Below, piece after piece: positions 38,256-51,584 of a stretch of 64,000 nt of DNA (positions are counted from its first letter, which is position 1; every line of letters begins with the position of its first letter). The notes below the pieces were generated by a model. It searched no databases and had not been told where the DNA came from. It saw nothing but the letters and a program-made list of their open reading frames with translations. Both the position numbers and the translations under genes were made by a program. The stretch comes from Lobosporangium transversale (lineage: Eukaryota), in assembly GCF_002105155.1 (NCBI RefSeq), contig NW_019029013.1, positions 372,001 to 436,000 of the forward strand, written 5' to 3'.

Positions 38256-40052
38256 GTCCCAAAGACTGTTGCCGAAGGGACTGTAGCAGAGACTGTTTAG
38301 GATTGTAATACCATTAAGAAAAAAAAGAAAGAAAAGAAAAATAAGTTTCTCTCGGTTTGTAATAAATAAATACCATTGTTCAATATCATCATAAGAATAC
38401 ATGTAATTTTTACCAAAGTCATTGATTAAAGGGATCATGCATGGAAGGAATGTATCATCCTCCACCAACGCCCAAACTTTAAACCAACGCACGGCCTTTT
38501 TTTTTTTTTTTTTTTTTTTTTTTGGTCAGCCACCAAATTCCACGTGGTTATTCAAAAAGGATGAATATTGACTTTATCTTTCACTATCCTGCTATTTCGC
38601 GGCGATCTTCACCACTATGCCTATTTTATTTGTCCTCCATATCATTAGTAGCCGATACCACCTAAAGCTACCTTAACAATCTTCGTCTAAGGAAACCTAG
38701 CATGTCTTGCTGCAGTAAGGCATCCGAACGGGACGATTTTCTAACGTCTACATGCAGATTCGCTAAGCAATCCCCTATCTCCTTTTAATGAGGTGATTAT
38801 ACAATGTTTTTTCTTTTCATATTGAGCCTCATAATCCATCGTAGACTGTCGTATGTATTGAAGACAAGGTCACACCACAAGATAACGTCTAATCTCGCTA
38901 TATGACACCTCCATCTAGTGGTCTTAGACCTGAATAGAAATGGCCAAAGAAATAAAACAAAGATATAATAGCAATAATAACGCTAGTGATGAGAGCGATC
39001 CTTAGATGAATAAATCAGAGGTATTGTATGTTTTGGTGATAAAAAAAAAGATGCCAAACTGTCTCGTACTGGTTGAGAGACACAAGGCTCTGGTTGATTT
39101 ATTATATATACTTCTTTACATGCTGCTTCCAAACTCAGAGCTGGCGCTTCCTTAGATTTACCCCCTGATAAACACCGAGTAGTAGTCGAGGTCTTGTGTC
39201 ATGGTCTCAGAACTGCTCCATATGCCTAGGCGCAGAGTCTATTCACATATCGTGTAAAACCCGTCATGAATGGCGTAGAGAAAGGTCAAGGGTCCACTAC
39301 TAAACATAAGATATAAGAGGTGCATCGCAGGTCTATGTCAAGCCAAAGTATTACAGCCTGTTTCCTGCAGCACTCACGAGCACGGATTGACACGTAAGAA
39401 ATCATCCGTCATCATATACATTGAACAAAGGAGCTCCGTCGACTCCAGTTCTCATTAATTACATGGCTCAAATGGAATCTATACCCCACTCTCAGTTTTT
39501 GTAGAAACAAAGCCCTGTGCATTAGCTCCTGACTGCTGTGACTAGTATGATACATTTATATATGAAGATATAGGTACAACAAGGGAAGGTGGAATCACAC
39601 TATCAAGATACAGATCAAAATGTCGATAGGAATACGGCTGGACATGTTTGCAATGAGCGACCAAAGTGCCCTATGCACTGTATCTTGAAGAATCTTAAAC
39701 TATTCACCCACTTCCGAAGAACGAGGTCCCAAGAGCTTTACAACCGAAAGGGAAAAAAAAAAAAAAAATGCAGCCTTGAGGACTCGGCTACCCACTCCAT
39801 TTACTCACTCACCCATTTACCCACTTACCCCGCGTTTTTTTGTCCCCGCAGAACTGCATTCAGTCTTTTAGCGCCATTTCCTTTTTTTTTTTTTTATGGA
39901 AGGAGTTGAGCACAAGGCCTCCCGTGCTCCATGGATTACGCAATTAAGTTCACCAATCGGAAGCAACTGTTTTGATGAATATTTCGAGTGTTGGCTGGAT
40001 ATACTCGAGCCTAAGCGAAGTAAATGACCTGAAGGCCACATAGTGCAACTCA

Positions 40053-40091
<39 letters not shown>

Positions 40092-40270
40092 ATGGACCTT
40101 GATGGTACTAATGTCGCATGGCAAAAAAGACTGAGACACATGGATAGATGTCGTCAACTCGCGTTATCTTTTTACTGCGAGGATCATTACCAAATCTGGC
40201 CAAATCTGGCGCTTGGAAGGTTGTTTTATTGAGTCTTTGAGTGTCCATCTTTGTCATTTTTGTTATTAGG

Positions 40271-40301
<31 letters not shown>

Positions 40302-40795
40302 CGTACATGTTGTACATGAATATCACTTGGGCGCTTATTAAAAAAAATTCTCACACTATTCATTAGTCTACAAAAATGTTTGACTTCATATGATCCACTT
40401 TCTTTTCAACTACTTGTGGGGAAGGAGTTGGCTATTTTTCTAAACGGAATTGTGGGCCTGTTAATATGCTTTGGAGAACGAAGTAATTCTATTGCCTTTT
40501 AACTACTAGCGCCAGTATACATCTATTTTTTTTAATTTTCCGTTAAGTGATGAGGAATATACACTAAATGCGTCCTTGATGGCAAGTACTACTCTGAGGT
40601 ACTCGATGTGTAAGAAATTATGAACGCCATTAGTCTGACAACCTAACAACGACTGTCACCTGAATTTTATTTAAAAGCCGCCAGATGTTCAAAAACAATT
40701 TTTTTTTTCCTTTGTCTTGTCTCTGCGCCCATCTTTTCCTTTTTGCAAGATCAAGATCCTTTTTTTTTTCTTCTCCTCTTCCTCCCTTGCGCGTC

Positions 40796-42389
40796 ATGTC
40801 TCAAGTTCTCCCTACTTCACAGGATCAACACCAGGGGCAACAGCAACAGGGCTCAGGCCTCATGGGTTCCATCAAAACTGATCTCAAGGACAGAATGCGT
40901 TCCTTCAAATCTAATTTGCGATTGGGAGAGTTTAGTGGATCCCTTGGTGATCTGGGGACGCTCTTGCCTATCATGCTGTCGCTTTCACTCACGGGTCAGG
41001 TTGACCTCACTGCTAGTTTGATTTTTGGCGGTCTCTGGAACATTCTCACTGGCCTGACTTTCAGGATGCCCATGTGTGTCCAGCCTATGAAATGTAAACA
41101 TGACACTTTCCTGTTATCAGATGAAATTGAATTACATGGTGTCCTTTTTAATATTCTTTTTTTAATTTTATTTTTTTATTTTAGCGATTGCTGCAATTGC
41201 TCTTACGAACCACATGTCGATTGGATCGGTGATGAGTGCCGGTATGGGAGTGTCAGCAGTGGTCATGGTCCTTGGTTTGACCCGTACCATCCACTATGTT
41301 CAAAAGTATACCCCAATGTCGGTCATCCGCGGTATTCAGCTCGGTACTGCCATCTCATTTGGAACCAAGGCTGCAGATCTAGTCAAGCAGGCCAAGAGCT
41401 TTGGAGGGGAGAGTTGGACCTGGGATAATAACTATGAATGGGCTGTCTTTGCCTTTATTATTGTTTTCATCTTTTATTACCGATCCAAACGTATCCCGAC
41501 TGCAATGATCCTCTTCACTATTGGGCTGATCATCGCATTCATTAAATTATACACCAACCCTCCTCCCGAAGCTGTTTACCCCAAGATTGGCGTTTACACT
41601 GTTCGTGTAACAGTCCCAACTTGGGAGGAATTCAAACATGGTTTTGTCTCTGCATCTCTTGGTCAGATTCCATTGACCTCTTTAAACTCCGTGATTGCAT
41701 TAGCAGCCTTAGCTAAGGATCTGTTCCCTGAACGCCCTACGGGCACACCTACGATTGCAGTTTCTGTAGGGATGATGAACTTGGTTGGATGCTTCTTTGG
41801 ATCAATTCCTTTTTGTCATGGATCAGGTGGCCTTGCTGCGCAATATCGATTTGGAGCCCGCACGGAGGTTTCGATCATCATCCTTGGACTACTCAAAATC
41901 TTCTTTGGATTGTTTTTTGGCTCGTCGCTCTCGGGATTGATTGCGAGTTATCCTAGTGCCATCTTGGGAGTGATGTTGTTTGTCAGCGGTATCGAATTGG
42001 GTGCTGTCGCTCGAACGGTCAACGATGGTATCTACGATGACCGGAAGCGCCATGCCAACTTTATTGTTATGATTACGACTGCAAGCATGTTGGTAGGCTT
42101 TAAGAATGATGGTATTGGTTTCTTGGGAGGTTTGGTCGCAGCAGTTTGCTTTTACATTGGTTCAAAGTACATGGGTCGTATGGATGATGAGGATATCCAG
42201 ACCTTAACAGAAGCGCAGGGTCAGGGACAAGGTCAGGAACAAGGTCAGGAACAGCACCCAATTGGGGGACAACTGCAGCAGCAGCAACAGCAAGGCGAGG
42301 ATCCCTCGACTAGTAAGGCTTCTGTGAGTGGAAAAGCAAAGGACGCTGCACAGGAAGAGCCACAAGTGAACAAGACCATCAATGTCTAA
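40796..42389 (+). CDS. MOT1-family molybdate transporter; exons 40796-41093, 41185-42389
   Basis: Family motifs 'EFSGSLGDLGTLLP', 'PMCVQPMKSIAAIAL', 'GQIPLTSLNSVIA', 'PFCHGSGGLAAQYRFGAR', plus many TM segments. Confidence 0.88.
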
Positions 42390-42586
42390 CCATGAGAAGA
42401 TAAAAAAGGAAGGCATTCTAGCTCCATGTAATATATAGTTGATCTCCAAGTAATAAATAATAAAAAAAAAAAAAAAAAAATCACCAGTCACTGTTGTTCC
42501 TTGTCAAAAAAAAAAAAAAAAAAAAAAAAAGTTGTCTTCAACTTTCTCATCTCTTGTTCAAAACCACATTGCTTAGCATAGTAGAC

Positions 42587-44141
42587 ATGGAGGTAAAAAC
42601 AATGCTTCCATTGACTCGTTACGGATACCTTCATATTACTATCCTCTTTACTTTTCGCAATTTGTCTTGTTACTATTACTATTATTATTACTATTATAAT
42701 TATACTGTTATTGTTATTATTTTTTATTCAGGAGCAATTTATCATTTTCAAACCAAGACTAAAGTGAATATTGCGACAATTTTAATTGACTTTTTATTCT
42801 CAATTGAAAAAACTGTATCGTTTTTTTTTTTTTGTTAGGACAAAGATATTCAATTGAATCGGCCTAAACAGCTGAGCAGTGGTCAGATGGCATCCTTGGT
42901 CTCCTTATGGCGTCTTTCTCACTATAAGCAAGCACCATGGAGCTCTTGGAGTATCCTCTTTAGCCCACCCCGCGTTCGTCGATCTAGACCTCGTATACTT
43001 GAGTAAGTTGAAAAAAATAAAAATAAAAATAAAAATAAAATAAAAAATAGAAATAAAAAAAATAAGATAATTTAAATCCATTGCAATCTATTTCATTTTT
43101 TTATTTTTTTATGGTGTCAATTGACTTTTTGTTATACTGCTTTTGTTGAACGTATTGCTAATCAAAACTAGGCTGGATTCAGAATTTTACGATGAAATTA
43201 TGGGACAACGGGAGGAAATACTTAAGCAGAAACAACTTCAACGACACCAGATCTGGAAACATGTTCAGGATCGTGTAGCGGAGCAAAACCGCATCTTGGA
43301 AGAGGAGAAGGCTCAAGAAAAACAACAGCCACAACAACCAGGGCAACAGCAACAACAACAGGGAGCACAGAAAAAGAAAGGGAAGAATAAACAGCCCAGA
43401 AATGACCCATTGACCACAGCATCTATAACAGCTATGGAGATTGACCCGTCTCTGCTTTCACCCACTTCGTCTTCTTCGACTGTAACATCTGGCTCTGGCT
43501 CGCCGGATTCGTCACCAAAGCGGTCTATTCGATGGGGACTTCATAATAACATGATTAAGAGTAAAGTCAAAGATGATGTTTGCACATTATTGCTTTGTCT
43601 AAGGTTTATGGAGAAAAAAAAAAAAAAAAAAAGTCGCTATGGTTCTGAATACTGATTCTTTTTGTTTTATTTATAATGAATAGAATTTGACAAAACCAGA
43701 CCGATCACATTGGTAGCGATCCCTGCACTAGATAAACGTCCCGTCAAGAGCGCACTTAAAGTCAGGACAGAACATACTATCCAAAAGACAACGATAACCT
43801 ATCAACCATCCAAGGCAAAGGATACAAAGGGTACAAAGGATACAAAGAACGCAAAGGGCATTACAGTCTCACAATCTACCAATACTAGTACTGCCGCTAC
43901 TACTTCTGCTGATGCCACTATCACTACCACCACAACCACTACTACTACTACAGCCACAACCACAGTAGCAACCACTACTTTACCTTCAACAACTGCTGTC
44001 AAGGATCCAGTTACGACTACAACGACACCAACCATGTTTGCCACTACTACTGCTACTATGACGAAGACCGGAGTCAATAATACCAATAGCAAACCTCTCA
44101 ATGGATATCCACCACGCAAACGCGCTGTTGACTTCTTTTGA
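42587..44141 (+). CDS. Uncharacterised protein with RRP1B-like C-terminal motifs; predicted exons 42587-42592, 42839-43002, 43172-43560, 43684-44141
   Basis: Three GT-AG introns give one frame: ME|DKDIQL...PRILE|LDSEFYDE...KRSIRWGLHNNMIK|KFDKT...PVKSALK...RKRAVDFF*. The 6-nt first exon is tentative. Confidence 0.65.
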
Positions 44142-44531
44142 AATATATATTTATTCTTTTTCTTTCTTTCTTTATTACTTTATTCATTCCTTTCTTTTTT
44201 TTATTTTATTTTATTTTATTTTATTTTTTTTTTGTACTTGGAAGTAGAGGAAAACAAATAAATGCATACAGCTCTGATGACTAGAGTAAAAGAAGCTTTT
44301 ACTTTTTAAATTTTGGCCAGATGCGGATCAAATTTTTTTTATTTTATTATTTTTTTTTTTAAAAAAAAGAAAAAAGAAAAAAAAAAAAAAATTAAAGAGA
44401 GTAAGATTGACGATCTTAATCCTTCATGTAAGGAAGGGGAGAAGGAGATATAAAAAGAAGATAATGTGGGCAAAAAGTTAGTGAAAAGCATGAAGAATCA
44501 CGTGTCATAGCACTATATATATACATTTGTT

Positions 44532-44585
44532 GTTGCTAGTGTTGCTAATGTTGCTAATGTTGCTGATGTTGCTGATGTTGCTGAT
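44532..44585. repeat. 9-bp minisatellite (GTTGCTRRT) x6
   Basis: gttgctagt gttgctaat gttgctaat gttgctgat gttgctgat gttgctgat. Confidence 0.85.
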
Positions 44586-44653
44586 ATTGTTGTTTTGGCT
44601 GTTGTTGATATTTAGTCCTGTTGAGCGTTTGTTTGCTCTCTCTGTTTATCTAA

Positions 44654-44748
44654 ACTAACTGCACATCATCCTGAGCGGAAACAGAAGCAGAAACAGAATA
44701 ACTAACTGCATATCACAATGAGCGAAAACAGAAGCAGAAACGAGAACA
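44654..44748. repeat. ~47-bp imperfect tandem duplication
   Basis: actaactgcacatcatcctgagcggaaacagaagcagaaacagaata followed by actaactgcatatcacaatgagcgaaaacagaagcagaaacgagaac. Confidence 0.8.
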
Positions 44749-45943
44749 AGAGGAAAGGTGAGAAAGGATATTATATAATTGCGAATATTTTTGCCCTTGT
44801 TCTTTGCCACAAATCTCGTTTTTTCGATGCGCTTTTGTAGTTTTGGGCCACAAAAACTCTCCTTCTCTTAAAAGTCTGCGGAGGTTGAGTTGTTCTAACA
44901 ATACTAAAGAGGCTCTCTGGTCTGTACTGTTTCTAGACTAAGCTAATGATAATGAGTTGTCCTTTATAAAGGATCTAGATGTCTAAATGTTTATAGTGAA
45001 GTCCTGTTATAAACCATATTGCAAGAAACAAAAAAAAAACTTTACAGTGTAGGAAAAAGAGCCTTGCTTACATACATGTATATATATATATATATACATT
45101 TGCATAATAAAAAGGATAAACGTAAAAAAGAAAGAGCTCTTTTTCGTGGATTTTGACTTTTTTATCTTTTTTTATTTTGTTCCGCCTCCTTAAATAGGGG
45201 CCTTCTATTATTGATAATGTTTATAATATACATATTGCAAGAGGGGAAATAACCTTCTACCAGACAATTTATATATATATACATGTATATATTATCACGA
45301 ACGAGCCTTTTTTTTTTCCTGCGCTTAACTCTTCTCTTTAAACCACTGCACTCGGATCTTTGTCTGTGGGTTTTCTTTTTTTACGTGAGAGATGTTTTTT
45401 GTGTTTACAAATCGCTTGAAACATTTGTTACTTTCCTGGCGCCTCTTGCTTATTTAAAAAAAAAAAAATAAAAAATATGAGCACAATGGGGCCTCCGCAT
45501 ACATACTCCTACGTACTCTACTTAAGCTTTTTTTTTTTTTTTTTTTTTTTTTTTCCCTTGTTACACACTAATGTCCAGCTAGGTTAGCAGAGGCATGTCC
45601 GTCAAGCTTGGCTAACTGAGATGTGCCGGGCTATTATTTGTATATACACACTTTAATTAATGTCTGCATCTCATAGACATAGCAGTCCATAATGAAAACA
45701 ATGGAAAGGTTAGAGTTGCACAAACAAAAACATTCATAAGGAGCATGGCATGGTTGGCAGAGGTACATGAACATGCCGAAAACATTTAGAATAGAGTCTT
45801 TGTGTGACATGAAAAAAAGACCCTTCACAAAAAAAAAAGAAGTGTTTGGAAAATACTAGAAGTTCATCTTTTAGGTCCAACCCCCGCTTTGTCCTTCAAG
45901 CTTGTCCCCTTGAAATGACTATAATATCCTAGATGAGAGATTG

Positions 45944-45985
<42 letters not shown>

Positions 45986-47682
45986 TAGGGTAAGCATCTA
46001 TATTAGGGTAAAGAGAAAGGGAGATGGAAGGACGATTTATCAACAGGATCCTATCCAAGGAACCAAGAAAGTAAGAGTGTCAAGAGAGTTAAGAGCTTAG
46101 AAGGAGCCGAGCATAAAAAGTAAAGAAAAGAGAGAGCTGGCGCCAAATAGTCCGTTCGCCTTTTTTTTTTTATTTTATTTTATTTTTTTATTTTTTACTT
46201 TCTCCTGAAAATAGAATATGCTGAATGGAGCCGAAATAAAGTCTATAAAGTAAAGATAGAATTTTTTTTAGATCACCAGCCAGGTTGATGCAGCGAAATA
46301 GCTCGAACAGAGGTCTGCTCAGAGAAACAGAGCCATATCGGCTTCTCTATCTCTCTCGATCTCTCGCTTTGTTCGCTCTTTCATGCAATACACGAGCAAA
46401 AAAAGACGCACGATTGGTTTCTTACTGACTTGCTAGTAACCTTTAAGGCACCATCTTTCATTGTTCTCTGTAGATATACTCTATACATACATACACATGA
46501 TGTTCATTTTTGTAAATAAACGTAATCACAAGCTTTAGGCTTTTCAAAGAGATTTGAGCTAACAGTACTTTCAATCAAGGATAATCTAGGGAATAGAGAC
46601 GAGTCAAAGCCAAAAAAAACCTTGGGAATGTTGAATCTTCATCGGTTTCAAATGAATGCTCTCTCCTTTTTTTCCTCTTTCTTTCTTTCTTTCATTCCAT
46701 TGCTCAATGATTAGTTGGACTTTATAGACTCTATGTCTGTGCAGAAGAAACAAGTTGGTGTATAGTCAATGCCAGGTTTGTCGTTGAGCACTTTCTTTCT
46801 TTACTGTTACTGATAGAGCCACACATAAATAAGGGCCTGCATATAAATATATTTATCTTTTGTCTTGAATTAAAGCTACCAAGGTCTTGATGAGCAACCT
46901 TGCAGAGAGAGAGAGAGAAATTCCTTTGTTCTTTACGCTTGCTCGCAAAATGCTCCTTTTTTTTTTTTTTTTTTTTTTTTTCTACGCGCCAAAAATATGA
47001 CATGTACTGAAAAAACCAATGGGACAGTTGACGACATCAACTTGGCTGGTTGGCTGTTTTGGATTTTAACTGTAGCCGCCGTTAATCAATTTTTTTTTTT
47101 TTTTTTTTTTTGCTCTGTTGCATACATGAATTATTTCATGCAAGATAAAGAAACGAAACACGATAATAATAACAACAATAACCGCGAATAATAAAGCATC
47201 CTGATAATTTATTCTTTTCAGAAGATAAGGAAGGCTCAAGCCTGGATGAAGTAAAAAAGAGAGAAAGAAGACAAAGAGAGAGCGAGAATGTATAAAAGAG
47301 AGAACGGGGACGGAGCAATACTCAGACAAAAAGAATAAGAGATAAAAAAGAACGGAGTGGACAGACTACGGGAGATCAACTCTTTTTGAGTTCATGTGCG
47401 ACCATTCAAGCGAATGGACGACTAAGCTTACAATAATAAAGTTCTGATCGTGGCATGTCTGTGTGCTATTGTGAAGATGATCAGGGTTAATACAAATACG
47501 GATACAATCTCAAAAGTACACGATATAGGTTTCTAACACCCATTATAGTTCCCCTCCTTTTGTTTCAAAAGCATCCTTCGGATAAAGGAAAACCAGCAAT
47601 ATCTCCATGGGACCACTCGCTACAGATATATATATATATATAAGTATTTATATATTCTTACATACTATATAAATATATATAT

Positions 47683-47724
47683 ACAATACTTCCATTTAAT
47701 AACACAATACTTCCATTTAATAAC
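47683..47724. repeat. 21-bp perfect tandem duplication
   Basis: acaatacttccatttaataac x2. Confidence 0.8.
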
Positions 47725-49241
47725 AAAGGAGAAAAAGAATCCAGGGGCTCAAGAAAAAAAGTTTATTTCTTCGGAACTTGAAAAGGGTTGGATCAGGACA
47801 ATAAAAAAAAAAACACGGACTAGACTTAAAGACTCTTTTGCATAAAACAAAAAAAAAAAAAAAAAAAAAAAAAAACCAGCCAACTGTGGTATCCATCTTT
47901 TTTTTTTTTTTTTTTTTTTTCCTCTCTCTCTTTCTGTTACTGCCCAAAGCTTTTGAGGATGATGATGTCCTGCAGCTTAATAAGAGGGATCACCTGGGTA
48001 GAATCTTAAATTGCGCGTGCAGTTCATTTGTTCATAATACAATAACCATAAATGATGGTGCCCTGCTTTAAATGCATGAATAGAAATATAAATTTGTTTT
48101 TGGAAACCTGTCTAAGCAATCTAGCTTTATTGTTATCATTAACCTTTCAAAGACTCTAGGCTCCAATAGAAGGATATAGTTAAAGAATGTAAAAGTAGCA
48201 AAGAATGAGAAGGGAAAAAGACATCAAATAAAGAGATAAACATGTTTTATAACATCAACATCTTCATGTCCACCATGTTGGCACATGAGCGGGCGAACGG
48301 AGTGGAGAAAAATAGAGATGTTCATGTGTAAAGAAGGGTTGTCTGCGGCAGGCATGGCAGAAAAAAATATTCTTATCTCAATTTAGGTTGGATCGATGTT
48401 TTTTTTTACTTGCGCAGTGTGTCCATCTTACTGAATAGAAATGGAAGATGTGGTATGTGGACACTTGTGGTGATAATCCAGTAAATAGAAAGAGAAAGAA
48501 GCTTCCTTTGCAATAGAAAAAAAAAAAAAAAAAGACATCAACAATCAACAATAATGCAAGGCCAAGGGTATAATAACAATAACCACCCTTGATATATGAA
48601 GATGTAGGGGTCTGGAAGTGGGTTGCCGACATTAGTCATCCTTTGTGTTTCGACTATTTCGACGATGCGTTCCCTTCCTTGTGTTGATTGTGTACAAAAG
48701 ACGCTTTTTTAGGCGCTTTTTTTTTTTTTTTTTCCTTCTTTTTCCCTTGTGTTTTGATCTTCTGTTGGATCAGGGACGACGGAGAGATAAAAAGGTCATC
48801 CGACCAACCAACATATACACAAAAAAAAAAAAAAAAAGCGAAACCAAGGGCTGCGTTTACACGATGACACCACGCATGTGCCTTGGAGATCACAGGAGTG
48901 AAAAAAAAAAAAAAAAAAAAAATGCGCCCATTTTGGTTGTCATCGGTTGCGCCATTCTTTATTTTATTTTTTCTTCTTCCTTGTTCTAGAAAAGTACTGA
49001 ACAGTGAAATGTCGCATAATTTTTTTTTTTTTTGCTTCTAAATCTTTGTTTCCGTTGCGGTAACGAGGGTGATGATCTCGGGATAGTTCTTGAACCAGAA
49101 AGTAGTCCAATGCTTTCCCTTTCAAATGGACTCAAGGGATAAGAGTCATTTCCACAAGATCATCATATCAACAATAACTAGCAGTTGAACATTTGAAGCA
49201 AACGACTTTCACATTCATTTACAAATTGTATTTTGTATTCC

Positions 49242-49272
<31 letters not shown>

Positions 49273-50678
49273 AATGTTGAAGACTTTGATTTTTCGCGAG
49301 GAACGATGGATACAAAAAAAAATAAAAATAAAAGTATGCAAGGTTAAACACCATTTGGAATTGTGTCTTGTTTGAATATTATTGTAACGGCGACCAAATA
49401 AAAAAATGTTGGCTGGTTGCACGGACGGTTCAATCAAGCAAAATGGAATCCTCGGCAATGACAACGGATCATATTACAAAAACTTTTGACTAACTTTGTG
49501 TTTTCCCCTATCTGTCACTACGAATGTAGATACGCATTTGATCCTCCGAGTGGACTGTAACAGAGTTCAAGGCCCGCGTCAGGACCCATCAAGACCTGGG
49601 GGAACTGACCAAAGTGGCGCCGTGATATTCTATCCCCTTACAACGACGACGACGACAACTACCACTTGTTACTTTTTTCTGCCTACTGCAATCACTTCTG
49701 TTACCACGACTACTATCACAACTACCATTGCTTCTGATACTGTTATACATGATGAATACGACCGCTGCCTGAAGAGAGGAAAGAAATGATCGCTGAATTA
49801 CTCACAGTTTAGTCAGGGATTCAATAAATAAATAATAATTATGAACCTTGACAGACGGGGGGGGGGGAGTTTTGGTCTCATGCAGGTTGTTGATTATAGA
49901 CTATAGACATTTTGTGAATGTCGCCATGCACCATTGGGTGGTTACATGCTCTCAATATTTATTTCTGAGTGTGTGTATTTTAAACACAAATGTAGCCAGC
50001 TCACATATTGCATTGCATATTCATTCAATTCTGTCGCTCACACACATACTTTTTTAGTAGCCTTTTTATTTTTTTAAATATTTTTTTTCTGTCCATGTCC
50101 ACATCCATATAATTCATTCAAGAATAAATGACCGACAACAGTAATCATATGGGCAGTACTAAATAGACCAATTGAATGGCCATCTAAATGCTCTGAATAC
50201 AATAAATATCCTTTAACCATAAAAAAAGTTTTGAGTTATACTATTCAATAAGACTTTGGAATGGACGGACTGAAAATAAAAAATAAAAAAGAGCTGAGCT
50301 GCTGTCAAGCATGGTCATCAACTAATTATGTTGACAATAGGACTCATAGACCCAATTTTAGGGGATGGGGATTGGGGCCATTCTTTGACTTACTTGATCA
50401 TGGCTCACTCAATAGAAACCAAACATCCTTTTTATTTTATTTTTCTCCTCTCACTTGAACTCTCACACCAGCCCTCGCGCGTATATATCTTGGACCTCCT
50501 TTCCCTCATTTCACATTTTTTTTTTCTTCTTTCTTTTTCATTTCTCATTCCATCTATCACGCTTTGATATCTTTTCTCTCTCACTCTTCACGTCAACTTC
50601 ATCTTACGTTACCACCTACCAACTATCTACCACTACCTTACACGAATTCCCTTTTTATCACAAATATCCACATTCACC

Positions 50679-51584
50679 ATGTCTAGCACCACCGCACCCG
50701 TTATTGACGTTCCCGTCGCCACCCACGAGAAGGAGGCTGTTGAGGCCCCCGCTCCCGCTGTCGAGGCAAAGCAGGAAGAGACTGCTGCTGCTACCGAGCC
50801 TACTGTTGAGGCCGCTGTCGAGTCCTCTGATGCTCCTGTCGAGAATGCTGAGGAGACTACCCCCGCCGTCGTTGTTGAGGAGGCTGCTGAGACCGCTGCC
50901 ACCCCTGCTACTGAAGATGCTCCTGCTGCCAGCCCTTCCAAGGAGAAGAAGAAGTCTTGGATTGCAAAGTTGACCAACAACTTCAAGAAGTTGGCTGAGA
51001 AGAAGCCCAAGGCTGCCTCCCCTACTTCCTCCAACGTTTCTGAGGAGGCCGCTGCTGCCGATGCTGCAGAGACCTCTGCTGAAGCTCCCGCTGCTGAGGC
51101 TCCTGCTTCAGATGCTGCTGCAGAGCCCGCTGCAACCGCCGAGGAGGTCACTCCTGCTCCCGCTACTGAGGAGACCCCCGTTACCGTTACTATTGAAGAG
51201 CCTCAACAGGAGGCTGCCCCTGAGGAAAAGCCCGCTGCTGAAGAGAAGCAGGAGGAGAAGCCCGCTGTTGAGCACCTTGCTGCCCCCACCTTGGGCTCCA
51301 AGTTGAGCAAGCGCCTCTCTCTCGGATTCTTCAAGAGCAAGAAGGAGAAGAAGGAGAAGAAGGAGGAGGAGAAGACCGTTGCTCCTGTCCAGGAGGTCGC
51401 TGCTGAGAGCGAGACTGCCGAGGCTGAGGCCGAGGCCCCTGCTGCTAAGGAAGACAAGGCAGAGACCACTGAGACCGCTGAGGCCCCCGCTGCTGAAGCC
51501 GTTGAGCCTGCTACCACCGAGGTCACTACTGAGAAGCCAGTTGAGAAGCCAGCTGAGCAGCTCCCTGCCATTGCTGCCCACTAA
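50679..51584 (+). CDS. Acidic Glu/Ala/Pro/Thr-rich disordered protein with two basic-aromatic clusters (intronless)
   Basis: 301-aa ORF with strong high-expression codon bias (GAG, AAG, GCT/GCC, ACC), Kozak-like cACCATG and a CT-rich upstream tract. Confidence 0.85.
   Translation: MSSTTAPVIDVPVATHEKEAVEAPAPAVEAKQEETAAATEPTVEAAVESSDAPVENAEETTPAVVVEEAAETAATPATEDAPAASPSKEKKKSWIAKLTNNFKKLAEKKPKAASPTSSNVSEEAAAADAAETSAEAPAAEAPASDAAAEPAATAEEVTPAPATEETPVTVTIEEPQQEAAPEEKPAAEEKQEEKPAVEHLAAPTLGSKLSKRLSLGFFKSKKEKKEKKEEEKTVAPVQEVAAESETAEAEAEAPAAKEDKAETTETAEAPAAEAVEPATTEVTTEKPVEKPAEQLPAIAAH

Noticed and set aside
38256..40500. Possible transposon remnant or snoRNA (TGATGA ~39973 ... CTGA ~40029) in the 2.5-kb intergenic gap
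   Set aside because: No terminal repeats or transposase/RT motifs; only a 9-nt rRNA complement, which is expected by chance.
44532..44748. Short repeats as a CRISPR-like array
   Set aside because: No spacers, eukaryotic context; these are simple tandem repeats.
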